DNA of 53,464 bases from an uncultured bacterium (GTDB lineage Bacteria; Fidelibacterota; Marinisomatia; Marinisomatales; UBA1611). The notes under the pieces are model-generated. The model did not search any database. It saw only the letters and a program-made list of their open reading frames with translations, and was not told where the DNA came from. The position numbers were made by a program, and so were the translations under genes. Every line of letters starts with the position of its first letter. The first letter of the stretch is position 1. Below are positions 1-10,462 of the stretch, piece after piece. The stretch lies in contig CAZGFQ010000009.1 of the NCBI GenBank assembly GCA_964525185.1, forward strand, positions 3,791 to 57,254, given 5' to 3'.

Positions 1-42
1 TTTTAGTCTGTCTAGGCGGCGGGTATAAATAAGGTCACTCAT
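1..42 (-). CDS. 5' fragment of a gene running off the window (MSDLIYTRRLDRLK...)
   Basis: ATG at 42-40, 15 nt after the TPR gene stop, open to the window edge; too short to assign a product. Confidence 0.45.
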   Translation of the reverse strand, partial: MSDLIYTRRLDRLK

Positions 43-57
43 AATAATTTGATGGGG

Positions 58-810
58 TTATTGGTTTGAAATGAAATCGTTGATTTCTTTTCTTTCTCGT
101 TTTATTCTATCTAACGATTCGCCTTTTTGTTCTAATACGGTTAGTACTTCTAAAGCTTGGTTTAAGAGCCCTTGGTTTTTTAAGACTGTAACCATGGTAA
201 ATGTTGCTAATCTATTACTTATTTTTAAGGGTTCAGCATCTTCCTTATAATCAGGAATTGTAATCGGTTCAGCGGTTGCAGTTGGTTTGGTTTCTGTGGA
301 ATGGGATTCTTTTTGTTCGTTACTTGTGGTTGGTTCTTCTAGCTTTTTCTTGGATGCAACAAGGCGTTTTTTTGTTTCTTTTTGTTGCGCGGCTACTGCT
401 TTTTTGAGCTGCATATCCATTCTTTGAACAAACACTTGAGCTGCTTCATTCGCAGGATCTAACTCCAACACTTTTTTCCAATGGGTGAACAATGTTTTGG
501 GTGATCGCTCTAATTCTGTCTGAACACTACATAATTCTAAAGTTGCATTCAAATGATCAGATGGATAATTAAGGCTCATTATTAATGCTTTTTCAGATGC
601 TTTTAAATTTCCAGCTTCTTTTTCGATTAGACCTAAAATGTAATGCCCTTCTTGGTCATTATTATGGTATCCAAGTCCAATTTCACACACTTTTCGTGCG
701 CGGTAATAATCGCCTTTAGAATAATATTTTTCTGCTAAAACTGGGAATAGGATTGTATCCATATGATCAGCAAAATAAAGTTCTAATTCTAATAGGCTGT
801 TAATATTCAT
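58..810 (-). CDS. Tetratricopeptide repeat protein
   Basis: TPR-like helices (LAEKYYSKGDYYRARKVC, GHYILGLIEKEAGNLKASEKAL, WKKVLELDPANEAA), K/E/T/P-rich linker, short C-terminal TPR-like helix pair. Confidence 0.75.
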   Translation of the reverse strand: MNINSLLELELYFADHMDTILFPVLAEKYYSKGDYYRARKVCEIGLGYHNNDQEGHYILGLIEKEAGNLKASEKALIMSLNYPSDHLNATLELCSVQTELERSPKTLFTHWKKVLELDPANEAAQVFVQRMDMQLKKAVAAQQKETKKRLVASKKKLEEPTTSNEQKESHSTETKPTATAEPITIPDYKEDAEPLKISNRLATFTMVTVLKNQGLLNQALEVLTVLEQKGESLDRIKRERKEINDFISNQ

Positions 811-813
811 ATT

Positions 814-1218
814 TTATCGACGATGAGACTGAACCCATTCAGTTATAAAATCAACCGTATCTTGGACAGGCGTCCCAGGACCAAACAGTCCGCCAACGCC
901 AAGTGATTTTAATTCATCCATATCTTTTTGTGGTATAATACCTCCCCCAACAAGTAATACATCAGAAATTCCTTTTTCCTTCATTAAATCAAGTACGCGA
1001 GGGAAAATAGTCATATGTACATTGTTTAAACTCGATAAAGCTATAACATCAGCATCTTCTTGCAAAGCAGCTGAAACAATCATTTCGGGTGTTTGGCGTA
1101 GACCAAGGTATATCACTTCCATCCCAGCATCGCGATATGCAGCCGCTAATACTTTGATTCCTCTATCATGCCCGTCTAAACCAGGCTTCGCCATTATTAT
1201 GCGTATTTTTCTTTCCAT
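814..1218 (-). CDS. Cobalamin B12-binding domain protein (acyl-CoA/methylmalonyl-CoA mutase small subunit)
   Basis: [10 protein letters not shown] (DxHxxG), SSL, GGGIIP and FGPGT motifs. Confidence 0.93.
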   Translation of the reverse strand: MERKIRIIMAKPGLDGHDRGIKVLAAAYRDAGMEVIYLGLRQTPEMIVSAALQEDADVIALSSLNNVHMTIFPRVLDLMKEKGISDVLLVGGGIIPQKDMDELKSLGVGGLFGPGTPVQDTVDFITEWVQSHRR

Positions 1219-1300
1219 AAGACTTAAAATTAAAAAGCATCATTCTCACTTCATAACCAAATCATTTTATAATCGTTGGTTGAAAATGGCTGTTTTTCTC

Positions 1301-1747
1301 CTATTTTTTGGAACTGTCTAAAACAAAAGTGACTGGTCCATCATTCACTAATGAAACATCCATTGATGCGCCAAATTCTCCAGATTGGACAGGAATACCT
1401 TCATTGCTAATTTGGGCAATAAAATATTCATACAATGCATTTCCTTTTTCAGGAGTTGCAGCACTTAAAAAACTGGGACGACGCCCTTTTCGTGTATCAC
1501 CACATAAAGTAAATTGGCTTACCACTAAAACAGATCCACCAATATCCAATAAAGATAAATTCATTTTATCATCGCCATCATTGAAAATGCGTAAATGTTT
1601 CATTTTATGGACTAAATAATCAGCATCTTGCTTTTCATCATTTTCCGCCACTCCAAGCAAAACCACCAACCCTTGTTCAATTTCTCCAACAATGGATTGA
1701 TTCACGGTTACTTTCCCTTGCGAGCACCTTTGAATAACAGCAATCAT
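1301..1747 (-). CDS. dtd: D-aminoacyl-tRNA deacylase
   Basis: MIAVIQR start (ATGA overlap with dnaE stop), VSQFTL, GRRPSF, NDGPVT. Confidence 0.97.
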   Translation of the reverse strand: MIAVIQRCSQGKVTVNQSIVGEIEQGLVVLLGVAENDEKQDADYLVHKMKHLRIFNDGDDKMNLSLLDIGGSVLVVSQFTLCGDTRKGRRPSFLSAATPEKGNALYEYFIAQISNEGIPVQSGEFGASMDVSLVNDGPVTFVLDSSKK

Positions 1748-4700
1748 TCTATCCAAATATTATCTTTACCGTAAATATCTCTCAATTGTCTTAAGAATTC
1801 ACGCTCTGTAGATACTTTTATATTATGTGCTAAAACACGTGTTGGCTTATGACCGTTTCCATTTGGTAAATGAAAGATAACACCACATTTCCCGGGGAAT
1901 CGATGGGCTAATGAATAAACGTGTTCCACAGATTCAGCATTAGAAAATCCTGAATCAAATCGAATATTTAGTCGAGTAGATAATAAATCTCTGACTCTGT
2001 CAATTGGAATAATTTCATCTGCCAACATTTTAAAATCTGAAAAATCTGTATTATCGGATGGTTTTCCTTTTACAAAAACAACTTTCCCATCTTCCACTAA
2101 ATCTTCGTATTTCCTATAACATTCACTAAATGCAACAATTTCTGCTCGTCCGCCTAAACAGTCTAAACTAAAAAAGGCCATTGGGTTATTTCGCCGATCA
2201 TATCGCCGAGTGATTGATGTAATAAGTCCACCAACTGTAATTACATCATTTTTGGATAAGGTCATTTCACTTTCAAAATCTGCATTGGAAAATTCTTCTA
2301 AATCTTCTGCATGTTCCAATAATGGATGACCTGTTAAATATAACCCTAATACTTCTTTCTCTTTTGCTAAAGTGTCTTGTTCTGACCAATCAGCAACGTC
2401 CGGTAGATTCGGTGTTCGAATTAAATCACTTTGGCCATCAGCATTCCCAAACATATCCACTTGATTTTGATCTTTTCCATTTTGCATCTGCTGACCATAT
2501 TTAATAGCATCATCCACAGCTTGAAACATTTGTGCCCTAGTGCCTTCAAAAGTGTCCATCGCACCTGCAAGGACAAGGCTTTCAAGTACTTTTTTATTTA
2601 CTGTTCTTTGTTCTACCCTTGCGCATAAATCAAAGATAGAATCAAACGGTCCATTTTCTTCTCTATCTTCAACAATTTTTTCTAATGCTTTAAGGCCAAC
2701 ATTTTTTATAGCATTTAACCCATAAGATATGGATTTTTCTCCAACCGGCTTAAAATGGACATCCGAAACATTGATATCTGGAAGATTAACTTCAATTCCG
2801 AATTTTCTACATTCATTAATTAAAATTACTACACGATCTGTGGTTGTCATTTCGCTTGTTAAATTCGCAGATAAAAATTCTGCTGGATGATGCTCTTTTA
2901 GCCAAGCAGTTTGATAGGCGATATAAGCATAAGCCACCGAGTGACTTTTGTTAAATCCATACTGAGCAAATTTTTCAATTAACGCAAAAATATCACGTGC
3001 TTTTTTTGAAGAGATTTTTTTATTACCCGCACCTTTAACAAATTTAACTGACATTTCATCCATCAAAGATTTAATCTTTTTTCCCATAGCCCGTCGCATC
3101 AAATCTGCTTCAGCCAATGTAAAGTCAGCAACTTCATGGGCAATTTGCATCACCTGCTCTTGGTACACGATAATCCCATACGTTTCTTTTAAGATGGGTT
3201 CCATAATCGGGTGAGCGTATTCAATTCTTTTTTTCCCATGCTTTCGATCGATAAATTCTGAAATATTCTGCATAGGACCCGGACGGTACAAAGCATTCAT
3301 AGCTACTAAATCTTCTAAAACAGTTGGCTTAAGTTTCTTAAGAAATTCCCTCATACCGGATGATTCAAACTGAAAAACGCCAATAGTAAATCCCTTTGCA
3401 AAAAGTTCATAAACTTTTTCATCATCCATCGGAATTTTTTCTATATCAACATCGATTCCTTTTTCTTTAATGAGTTTGACTGCTTTATCAATAACAGTAA
3501 GATTCCTTAATCCAAGAAAATCCATCTTAAGCAACCCAAGCTCTTCAAGACCTTTCATATCATACTGACTCGTAACATCTCCAGTATTTGATTTATACAG
3601 TGGGACATAATCTGTTAATTCCCCAGGAACAACTACAACACCTGCAGCATGGGTTGATGCATGGCGATTCATTCCTTCGAGAATTTTTGATTGAGTAATT
3701 AATTCTTTATAAGCACCATCTGCCATTTTTTGTAACTCGGGGCTCTTTTTTAAGGCACTATCAAGTGTAATATTTAATTCATTGGGAATGGCCTTCGCAA
3801 CACGGTCAACTTCATTATATGAAAAACCTAATACGCGGCCAACATCACGTACTACTTGCTTTGCCTTCATTTTACCAAAAGTGATAATTTGTGTTACAGA
3901 ATTTTCTCCATATTCACCTTTAATATAATCAATTACTTCGCCTCGACGTTCGATACAAAAGTCAATATCAATATCTGGCATACTAACACGGTCAGGATTT
4001 AAAAATCGTTCAAAAAGTAAATCGTGTTTTAAGGGATTAATATTTGTTATCCCAAGTGCATAAGACACTAAACTTCCTGCAGCAGATCCACGACCTGGAC
4101 CAACAGGGATTCCGTTATTTTTAGCATATTTTACAAAATCTGCTGTAATTAAAAAATATCCAGCATAGCCCATATTTTTTATAACCGCTAGTTCATGATC
4201 AAGGCGGTTTCTTGCATCAGGTGATATATCGCCCAACAATGATTCGGTTCCTGAATCAGATAAATGTTTTAAATAATCATCTGGATCCTGTGTGGGAGAT
4301 CCTTCGGGAATCATATATTGTGGTAATAATAAGTTCCCAAATGTTAAATCCATGTCAATGCTATCAGCAATCCGTCGTGTATTTTCTAAAGCTCCCGAGT
4401 AATCTTTAAATAAATGATGCATTTCATCTTGAGATTTAAAATAAAATTCAGGAGTGGCATATTTTAATCGCTTTGTATCTGTTTGAACAGCACCTGTCCC
4501 TAGACAAATATGAATATCATGCGCATTTGCATGATCTTTCTTTGAATAATGTGCATCATTTGTACAAACCATAGGTAACCCTAAATCAGCAGACAATTTT
4601 TGCATATTTTTAATATTTTCTGCTTCCTCGGGGATTCCATGATTTTGAATTTCTAAATAATACCTATCCGGAAAAATTTCAGAAAATTTTATTGCTATTT

Positions 4701-5178
4701 CACGCGCACCCTTATAGTCACCTTTTAACATTTTTTCAGGGACAGCACCTTTTAAACAACCTGAGAGACAAATCAATCCCTCGCTATATTCTGCCAATAG
4801 ATCCATATCTATCCGCGGACGATAATAAAAGCCTTCTAAATATCCTGCCGTAACCAACTTCATGAGATTTCTGTAGCCAATATTATTTTGCGCTAAAAGG
4901 ATTAAATGATTATTCCCCCACCCGCTTTCAGCTGTAGTTTTTTTCTCAAAACGGCTCCCAACCGCAACATATACTTCACAACCAATAATAGGTTTTACAC
5001 CTGCTTTCTTAGCCGATTTATAGTATGGGACAACGCTAAACATATTGCCATGTTCTGTTAAGGCAACAGAATCCATATTTAAGTCGCCAATCGTATTAAC
5101 CAATTGATCTACACGTTGTGCTCCATCCAGCAAACTATAGTCAGAATGATTATGAAGATGTACAAATTCAGATGTCAT
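1744..5178 (-). CDS. dnaE: DNA polymerase III alpha subunit
   Basis: FVHLHNHSDYSLLDG PHP domain, GRGSAAGSLV, MPDIDIDF, YGFNKSH, C-terminal OB fold; 1144 aa. Confidence 0.99.
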   Translation of the reverse strand: MTSEFVHLHNHSDYSLLDGAQRVDQLVNTIGDLNMDSVALTEHGNMFSVVPYYKSAKKAGVKPIIGCEVYVAVGSRFEKKTTAESGWGNNHLILLAQNNIGYRNLMKLVTAGYLEGFYYRPRIDMDLLAEYSEGLICLSGCLKGAVPEKMLKGDYKGAREIAIKFSEIFPDRYYLEIQNHGIPEEAENIKNMQKLSADLGLPMVCTNDAHYSKKDHANAHDIHICLGTGAVQTDTKRLKYATPEFYFKSQDEMHHLFKDYSGALENTRRIADSIDMDLTFGNLLLPQYMIPEGSPTQDPDDYLKHLSDSGTESLLGDISPDARNRLDHELAVIKNMGYAGYFLITADFVKYAKNNGIPVGPGRGSAAGSLVSYALGITNINPLKHDLLFERFLNPDRVSMPDIDIDFCIERRGEVIDYIKGEYGENSVTQIITFGKMKAKQVVRDVGRVLGFSYNEVDRVAKAIPNELNITLDSALKKSPELQKMADGAYKELITQSKILEGMNRHASTHAAGVVVVPGELTDYVPLYKSNTGDVTSQYDMKGLEELGLLKMDFLGLRNLTVIDKAVKLIKEKGIDVDIEKIPMDDEKVYELFAKGFTIGVFQFESSGMREFLKKLKPTVLEDLVAMNALYRPGPMQNISEFIDRKHGKKRIEYAHPIMEPILKETYGIIVYQEQVMQIAHEVADFTLAEADLMRRAMGKKIKSLMDEMSVKFVKGAGNKKISSKKARDIFALIEKFAQYGFNKSHSVAYAYIAYQTAWLKEHHPAEFLSANLTSEMTTTDRVVILINECRKFGIEVNLPDINVSDVHFKPVGEKSISYGLNAIKNVGLKALEKIVEDREENGPFDSIFDLCARVEQRTVNKKVLESLVLAGAMDTFEGTRAQMFQAVDDAIKYGQQMQNGKDQNQVDMFGNADGQSDLIRTPNLPDVADWSEQDTLAKEKEVLGLYLTGHPLLEHAEDLEEFSNADFESEMTLSKNDVITVGGLITSITRRYDRRNNPMAFFSLDCLGGRAEIVAFSECYRKYEDLVEDGKVVFVKGKPSDNTDFSDFKMLADEIIPIDRVRDLLSTRLNIRFDSGFSNAESVEHVYSLAHRFPGKCGVIFHLPNGNGHKPTRVLAHNIKVSTEREFLRQLRDIYGKDNIWIE

Positions 5179-6016
5179 AAATAGAACCTAGATAAATAGC
5201 CAGTAACCCAACGATAGTACTGAACTTTAATAATTTTGCGCCTCGGATAGCGCTTATTTTCCCTGGATTATTCTGCAATGAAACTACAACAACTCCTAAA
5301 GGAATCTCAACGCCCAAGATCAATAAAATCCCATAAAATAATCCGTATATATCTACAAAATATGGAATGAATGCACCTAAACCAACCAAACCCGATAGGA
5401 GTGTAACGAGATGAACGCTTTTGGATAATCCTGCAACAATTGGGTATGTCTTTAATCCGGCACTTTTGTCTCCTTCAATATCAGCAATATCTTTCACAAG
5501 TTCACGAATAAATGTTAATCCAAAAGCTAAAACTGAAGGTACAATCATGACCTTAATATGGCCAAAAGCTGCACCAGAAAATATAAATGTTAAACCAAGA
5601 ATAAGCGAAACAGTAATATTTCCCACAAGTGGTTGTCCTTTTAAAAAGCCACTATATAAAATCATTAAAGGAAGAGCAATCCCTATGGAAATAAGTTTTG
5701 CATCAAAATTCAATTGAAATGAAATAATACTCCCCAATAAAAATAAAAAAACAGATATATAAAATGCGCCATCCCGCGATATAACACCTAGACTTAAGGG
5801 GCGGTTTGGGCGATTTATTTTATCAATTTTATAGTCAACAAAATCGTTGTACGCATTTGCTCCAGCATTATAACAGACAACAACACCCATTGCCATTGCA
5901 ATCAATAAAATATCCATATTAGGATTTACAATGAGAGATGTAAAATATACGGCAACTGCCCCCGTAATTAGGTTTAATGGCCTTAATAATTTTAATGTTG
6001 CCGTTAATTTATTCAT
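5168..6016 (-). CDS. UbiA-family prenyltransferase, DGGGP synthase-like
   Basis: LLRPLN start, NDFVDYKIDKINRPNRPL and RELVKDIADIEGDK Asp-rich motifs, LKGQPLVGN, multiple TM helices. Confidence 0.8.
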   Translation of the reverse strand: MNKLTATLKLLRPLNLITGAVAVYFTSLIVNPNMDILLIAMAMGVVVCYNAGANAYNDFVDYKIDKINRPNRPLSLGVISRDGAFYISVFLFLLGSIISFQLNFDAKLISIGIALPLMILYSGFLKGQPLVGNITVSLILGLTFIFSGAAFGHIKVMIVPSVLAFGLTFIRELVKDIADIEGDKSAGLKTYPIVAGLSKSVHLVTLLSGLVGLGAFIPYFVDIYGLFYGILLILGVEIPLGVVVVSLQNNPGKISAIRGAKLLKFSTIVGLLAIYLGSIYDI

Positions 6017-6025
6017 GATGAATTG

Positions 6026-6904
6026 CTAGATAATTTTAATAACCAATATTCTATCATCACCATTATAATCCTTCAATAATTCAACATTATTAAATCCACG
6101 GTCTTTAAAAAGATTCATCGCTTTTATTGGGTGATCATTTAATCCAACTTCTAGAATTAGCCAGCCGTCAGGCAAAATCCATTCATGAGATTTTTCTGCT
6201 AATCGCCGATAAAATGTTAATCCATCCTGTTTATCAGTTAATGCCTCATGTGGCTCAAATTCCTTTACATCTTCCATGAGCGAATCCATCTCTTCTTGGG
6301 GAATATAAGGTGGATTACAAATAATTATATGAGCAGGATTTTGAATAGAATGATTTAAAATATCATTGTGTTTGAATTTTACATTTTCAATAGAATGGTG
6401 GATTTTATTTTTATGTGCAATTTGAAGTGCATCTTTAGATATATCAATTCCAACTACTTCAGCGTTTGGCCTTTCCTTTGCAACGGTAATTGCAATACAA
6501 CCTGAACCTGTCCCAATATCAATAATATTTAATTTTTCCTTATCAGGTATTTTCTCTAATGAAATATCAATCAACCTTTCTGTTTCTGGTCTTGGAATTA
6601 AGACAGATGGCGTTACGAAAAATGTTCGACCATAAAAATCTGTTGAACCAGTGATGTACTGTAATGGTTCATGAGAAATGCGCCTCTTTACCCACCCGCG
6701 AAGTATAGATAATTGAGATTGTGATAGGGTTTCTTCAAAACGAAGATACACATCCATTCTTGAACAATTGAGTAGAGATTGAAGTAGCCATTCAATTTCT
6801 GATCTCGGGTTAGAAAATTTCTTTTCTTTATAATAGGTTTCTGCCCAATGAATCAGGTCGATGACTCGCCACGTTTTTGTTTTATCTTGGGCAGATAAAG
6901 ACAT
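6026..6904 (-). CDS. prmC: Release factor glutamine methyltransferase
   Basis: EPLQYITG, VLIPRPETE, DIGTGSG, NPPY; directly after prfA. Confidence 0.97.
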   Translation of the reverse strand: MSLSAQDKTKTWRVIDLIHWAETYYKEKKFSNPRSEIEWLLQSLLNCSRMDVYLRFEETLSQSQLSILRGWVKRRISHEPLQYITGSTDFYGRTFFVTPSVLIPRPETERLIDISLEKIPDKEKLNIIDIGTGSGCIAITVAKERPNAEVVGIDISKDALQIAHKNKIHHSIENVKFKHNDILNHSIQNPAHIIICNPPYIPQEEMDSLMEDVKEFEPHEALTDKQDGLTFYRRLAEKSHEWILPDGWLILEVGLNDHPIKAMNLFKDRGFNNVELLKDYNGDDRILVIKII

Positions 6905-7969
6905 TTATTCTGTATTCGCTAACAATTCTTGTTGTTCTGCCATTTTTAATTGTTCAATCAATTCAGTTATATCCCCATCTAATATTTCATTGAGTCTGTG
7001 GGTTGTAAAACTAATCCGATGATCTGTAACGCGCCCTTGCGGAAAGTTATAGGTTCGAATCTTGGCAGATCGATCGCCTGTAGAAACTAAACTTTTTCTT
7101 TCTGCTGCTCGTTCTTTAGCTATTTTTTCCTGTTCAGCTGCCAATAACCTTGATTTTAATACCTTTAATGCAGCTGCGCGATTTTTATGCTGGGACGACT
7201 CATCTTGACATGTTACAACTAAACCTGTAGGAATATGAGTAATACGAATGGCAGATTCCGTCTTATTTACATGTTGCCCACCTGCACCACTTGCACGATA
7301 AGTGTCAATTTTCAAATCACCTTCATTTACATCAACATCAACATCCTTTGCTTCAGGCATTACGGCTACGGTGGCAGCAGATGTATGAACCCGACCGCTT
7401 GTTTCTGTCTTTGGGACGCGCTGAACACGGTGAACACCACTTTCATATTTCAGCATTCCGTACGCACCTCTTCCCTCCAAGGCGACAATTACTTCTTTGA
7501 AGCCACCAATCCCTGTTCCGTTAGATTGGATTACTTTTTGTTTCCAATTATTACGTTCTGCATAACGAGAATATAATCTATATAAATCAGCAGCAAATAA
7601 TGCTGCTTCATCTCCACCCGTTCCAGCTCTTACCTCTAATATTAGATTTTTATCATCGTGCGGATCTTTGGGCAATAATAATAATTTAATTTGTTCTTCA
7701 AGCGATATTTGATCCTGCTCTAATGTTTCAATTTCTTCTTCCGCCATAAGCTTTAATTCTTCATCATCCCCATCAAGAAGTTCTTTGTCTTCTTTAATCT
7801 GGTCCAAAACTGATATATATTGTTTAGCAACAATAACAATTTCTTCTAATTGTTTTTGATCTTGAGCAAGTGTCTTTATTTTTTCAATATCAGTTACATT
7901 ATCTGGATCTGCCATTTGCTTTGACATATCATCATATTTCTCAATGATTGAAATAAGCTTCGTTTTCAT
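6905..7969 (-). CDS. prfA: Peptide chain release factor 1
   Basis: [13 protein letters not shown] (PxT) specificity motif, GGQ. Confidence 0.99.
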   Translation of the reverse strand: MKTKLISIIEKYDDMSKQMADPDNVTDIEKIKTLAQDQKQLEEIVIVAKQYISVLDQIKEDKELLDGDDEELKLMAEEEIETLEQDQISLEEQIKLLLLPKDPHDDKNLILEVRAGTGGDEAALFAADLYRLYSRYAERNNWKQKVIQSNGTGIGGFKEVIVALEGRGAYGMLKYESGVHRVQRVPKTETSGRVHTSAATVAVMPEAKDVDVDVNEGDLKIDTYRASGAGGQHVNKTESAIRITHIPTGLVVTCQDESSQHKNRAAALKVLKSRLLAAEQEKIAKERAAERKSLVSTGDRSAKIRTYNFPQGRVTDHRISFTTHRLNEILDGDITELIEQLKMAEQQELLANTE

Positions 7970-8934
7970 CCAATTGCCTCCGCAACATACTCTTTTCCAG
8001 AAACATCATCAAACTTTTCACCAAACGCTTCTTTTAGTGCTTGAATGGCTACTTCTACCATTTCATCTTCAGGATGTCGGGTCGTTATATTTTGAAGCCA
8101 AAGACCTGGTTTTTTTAACACCTTAAAAAATAGGTTATTATTTTTGGCTGTTAATTTTATGACCTCATATCCAACTCCAGAAACAAATGGAATTAATGGT
8201 AAATGAAATAAAAGGCGAATGGGTAACGATATCGTTCCCAAGAGTGATAGCACCACCATGTCAATTACAGCAAAAACTATGATTGCTGATAGAAGAACAA
8301 TAAATAAAAAACTAGTTCCACATCGAGGATGTTGAGTTGGAAATGATTGAGCATTTTTAACACTAATCTCTTTGCCTGACTCAAAATTGTAAACAACTCT
8401 ATGTTCTGCACCGTGGTACTGGAATAATCTTCGGACATCAGATAATAATGATATTAATCCTAAATACACGACAAAAAATAAAATTCTAAAACTTCCTGAA
8501 ACTAAATTGAATGCTAATGCTTCTTTTTCTACATTTAATAATTTTGTAGTTATCCACATAGGAGCAACCATGAAAAGTAGGACGGCTAAACCAATGGAAA
8601 AGATGGTTGTAAAAAAATTAGCAATTTTACCTGGTTCTTTTTCGCCTTCCTTCAAGGGAATAGCAATATCCGCAGACCACTGAAGTGTTCCCAATCCTAT
8701 TTTCATTGCTTCGTATAGCGATGCCATCCCCCTTAGAATTGGTTTTTTCCAAAATGAAGATTTTTCTGTAATGGCTATAAAATCTTTCCGCTCTATTTGA
8801 ATATTACCTTTTGGATCTCTAACTGCTGTTGCATAAGCGCCTGGAACGCGCATCATAACGCCTTCTATAACTGCTTGCCCTCCAACAAGAATCGTTGGTG
8901 CGGATGTTAATAATTGTATGAACCGGTTTCTCAT
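7966..8934 (-). CDS. DUF1385 family membrane protein
   Basis: [27 protein letters not shown]; typical rpmE-DUF1385-prfA context; start moved to ATG 8934. Confidence 0.9.
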   Translation of the reverse strand: MRNRFIQLLTSAPTILVGGQAVIEGVMMRVPGAYATAVRDPKGNIQIERKDFIAITEKSSFWKKPILRGMASLYEAMKIGLGTLQWSADIAIPLKEGEKEPGKIANFFTTIFSIGLAVLLFMVAPMWITTKLLNVEKEALAFNLVSGSFRILFFVVYLGLISLLSDVRRLFQYHGAEHRVVYNFESGKEISVKNAQSFPTQHPRCGTSFLFIVLLSAIIVFAVIDMVVLSLLGTISLPIRLLFHLPLIPFVSGVGYEVIKLTAKNNNLFFKVLKKPGLWLQNITTRHPEDEMVEVAIQALKEAFGEKFDDVSGKEYVAEAIG

Positions 8935-8938
8935 AGAT

Positions 8939-8983
8939 AAAAAAATGGCTTTGATAGCAGATAATCCACTCTCAAAGCCATTT
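8939..8983 (-). terminator. Intrinsic terminator after the L31 gene
   Basis: Minus strand AAATGGCTTTGA-N17-TCAAAGCCATTT, 12-bp perfect stem running into a T tract. Confidence 0.75.
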
Positions 8984-8995
8984 ATATAAGTTTGG

Positions 8996-9247
8996 TTACT
9001 GAGCGTTACCGTATTTCTTTTGGAATTTCTCAATTCGTCCAGCAGTATCAACTAAGTTTTGCTGACCAGTGAAAAATGGATGAGATTTATCAGAAATTTC
9101 AATTTTACACAAAGGATATTCATTCCCGTCATCCCAAACAATAGTTTCTTTTGTATCGACTGTAGATCGAGTAAGAAACGAATAATCACATGATGTATCT
9201 TTAAAAACAACCAATCGATATGATTCTGGATGTATTCCTTTTTTCAT
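8996..9247 (-). CDS. rpmE2: 50S ribosomal protein L31 type B
   Basis: [30 protein letters not shown]; no CxxC pairs; AGGAG SD. Confidence 0.95.
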   Translation of the reverse strand: MKKGIHPESYRLVVFKDTSCDYSFLTRSTVDTKETIVWDDGNEYPLCKIEISDKSHPFFTGQQNLVDTAGRIEKFQKKYGNAQ

Positions 9248-9259
9248 TTTTTGTCTCCT

Positions 9260-10462
9260 TTAGACAATCTGCCCTAAGGCAGATTTTACTTGTTCCAGTC
9301 CATTCTGGATAATTTCAATATTAGTCGCAAAAGAAAATCTAATATAACCAGGGGCTCCAAATCCGTCTCCTGGTACTGTTACGACCTGTGCACAGCCTAG
9401 AATATACTCAGAAATATCAAAAGAATCCTTTAAGATTTTCCCGTCTGCTTTTCGACCCAAATAGGATGAAAAATCTGCAAATGTATAAAATGCGCCACCG
9501 GGTATTTCACACTTTACACCTGGCAAATCATTTAACAATTGAACCATAACATTTCTTCGTTCTTTAAACTGATCTCGCATATCAGTTACACAAGTTTGAT
9601 CTCCAGTAAGAGCTTCAATTGATGCTTTTTGGCCAATTGAGTTTGCACATGATGTTGCTTGCCCTTGAATTTTTGCCATCGCTTTAGTTAATACTTTATT
9701 TCCGGCAGTATAACCAATTCGCCAACCTGTCATAGCATATGTCTTTGACATGCTTAAACACGTTAATACTTCTGCGCCAATTTGATGATCTCGATTTATT
9801 TTTTCAGTGCTCACAAAAGATTGTTCATAAACAAGTCGTTCATAACATTCATCTGAAATAATAACCCAATTATGCTTAACGGCTAATTTAAGTAATCTTA
9901 TAACCGCTTTTTCACTCCAAACACCTCCTGTTGGATTCGATGGGGAATTCATAATAACACCTTTAATATTTGGCGTTATTTTTGATTCTAAATCATCATA
10001 ATCTGGCTCAAAATGCTTATTAGAGTCGGTCTTAACAAAGATAGGTTCTGCATCAGCTAATCGAACCATTTCAGGAAATGATACCCAATAAGGAGCAAAA
10101 TTAATTACTTCATCCCCGCTTTGAAATAAAGCTTGGCATGCATTATACAAACTTTGCTTTTCACCATTTGAAACTAAAATTTGATCGGGTGTAAACTCTA
10201 ATTCATTTTCTCGTTTCAATTTTTCTATAATGGCCTCACGTAATTCTATCATTCCTGGACCAGCAGTGTATTTAGTATAGCCATCATCCATGGCTTTTTT
10301 ACCTGCTTTAATTATATGAGCTGGAGTATTAAAATCAGGTTCACCCACACCAAAATTTATGACTGGAATCCCCTTAGCTTTCATTTCGGCCGCACGTGTG
10401 GCCATCTGAAGCGTGAAAGATGGGTTAACCTTATGAACCCTATCTGATAGTTTAAAGGTCAA
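9260..10462 (-). CDS. aspC: PLP-dependent class I/II aminotransferase (aspartate aminotransferase-like)
   Basis: GEPDF, NSPSNPTG, SDECY, SKTYAMTGWRIG; TTG start overlapping upstream TGA. Confidence 0.9.
   Translation of the reverse strand: MTFKLSDRVHKVNPSFTLQMATRAAEMKAKGIPVINFGVGEPDFNTPAHIIKAGKKAMDDGYTKYTAGPGMIELREAIIEKLKRENELEFTPDQILVSNGEKQSLYNACQALFQSGDEVINFAPYWVSFPEMVRLADAEPIFVKTDSNKHFEPDYDDLESKITPNIKGVIMNSPSNPTGGVWSEKAVIRLLKLAVKHNWVIISDECYERLVYEQSFVSTEKINRDHQIGAEVLTCLSMSKTYAMTGWRIGYTAGNKVLTKAMAKIQGQATSCANSIGQKASIEALTGDQTCVTDMRDQFKERRNVMVQLLNDLPGVKCEIPGGAFYTFADFSSYLGRKADGKILKDSFDISEYILGCAQVVTVPGDGFGAPGYIRFSFATNIEIIQNGLEQVKSALGQIV

Noticed and set aside
1744-5178. Intein or split in dnaE
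   Set aside because: Length and motif spacing are normal; no intein or LAGLIDADG signatures seen
8935-9051. N-terminal extension of DUF1385 in the ORF track
   Set aside because: It overlaps rpmE2 and spans the terminator; ATG 8934 fits better. Similar over-extensions were trimmed for dtd, murI, the amidase, the GNAT, dNK, arsC, the 38113 barrel, adk and nfeD
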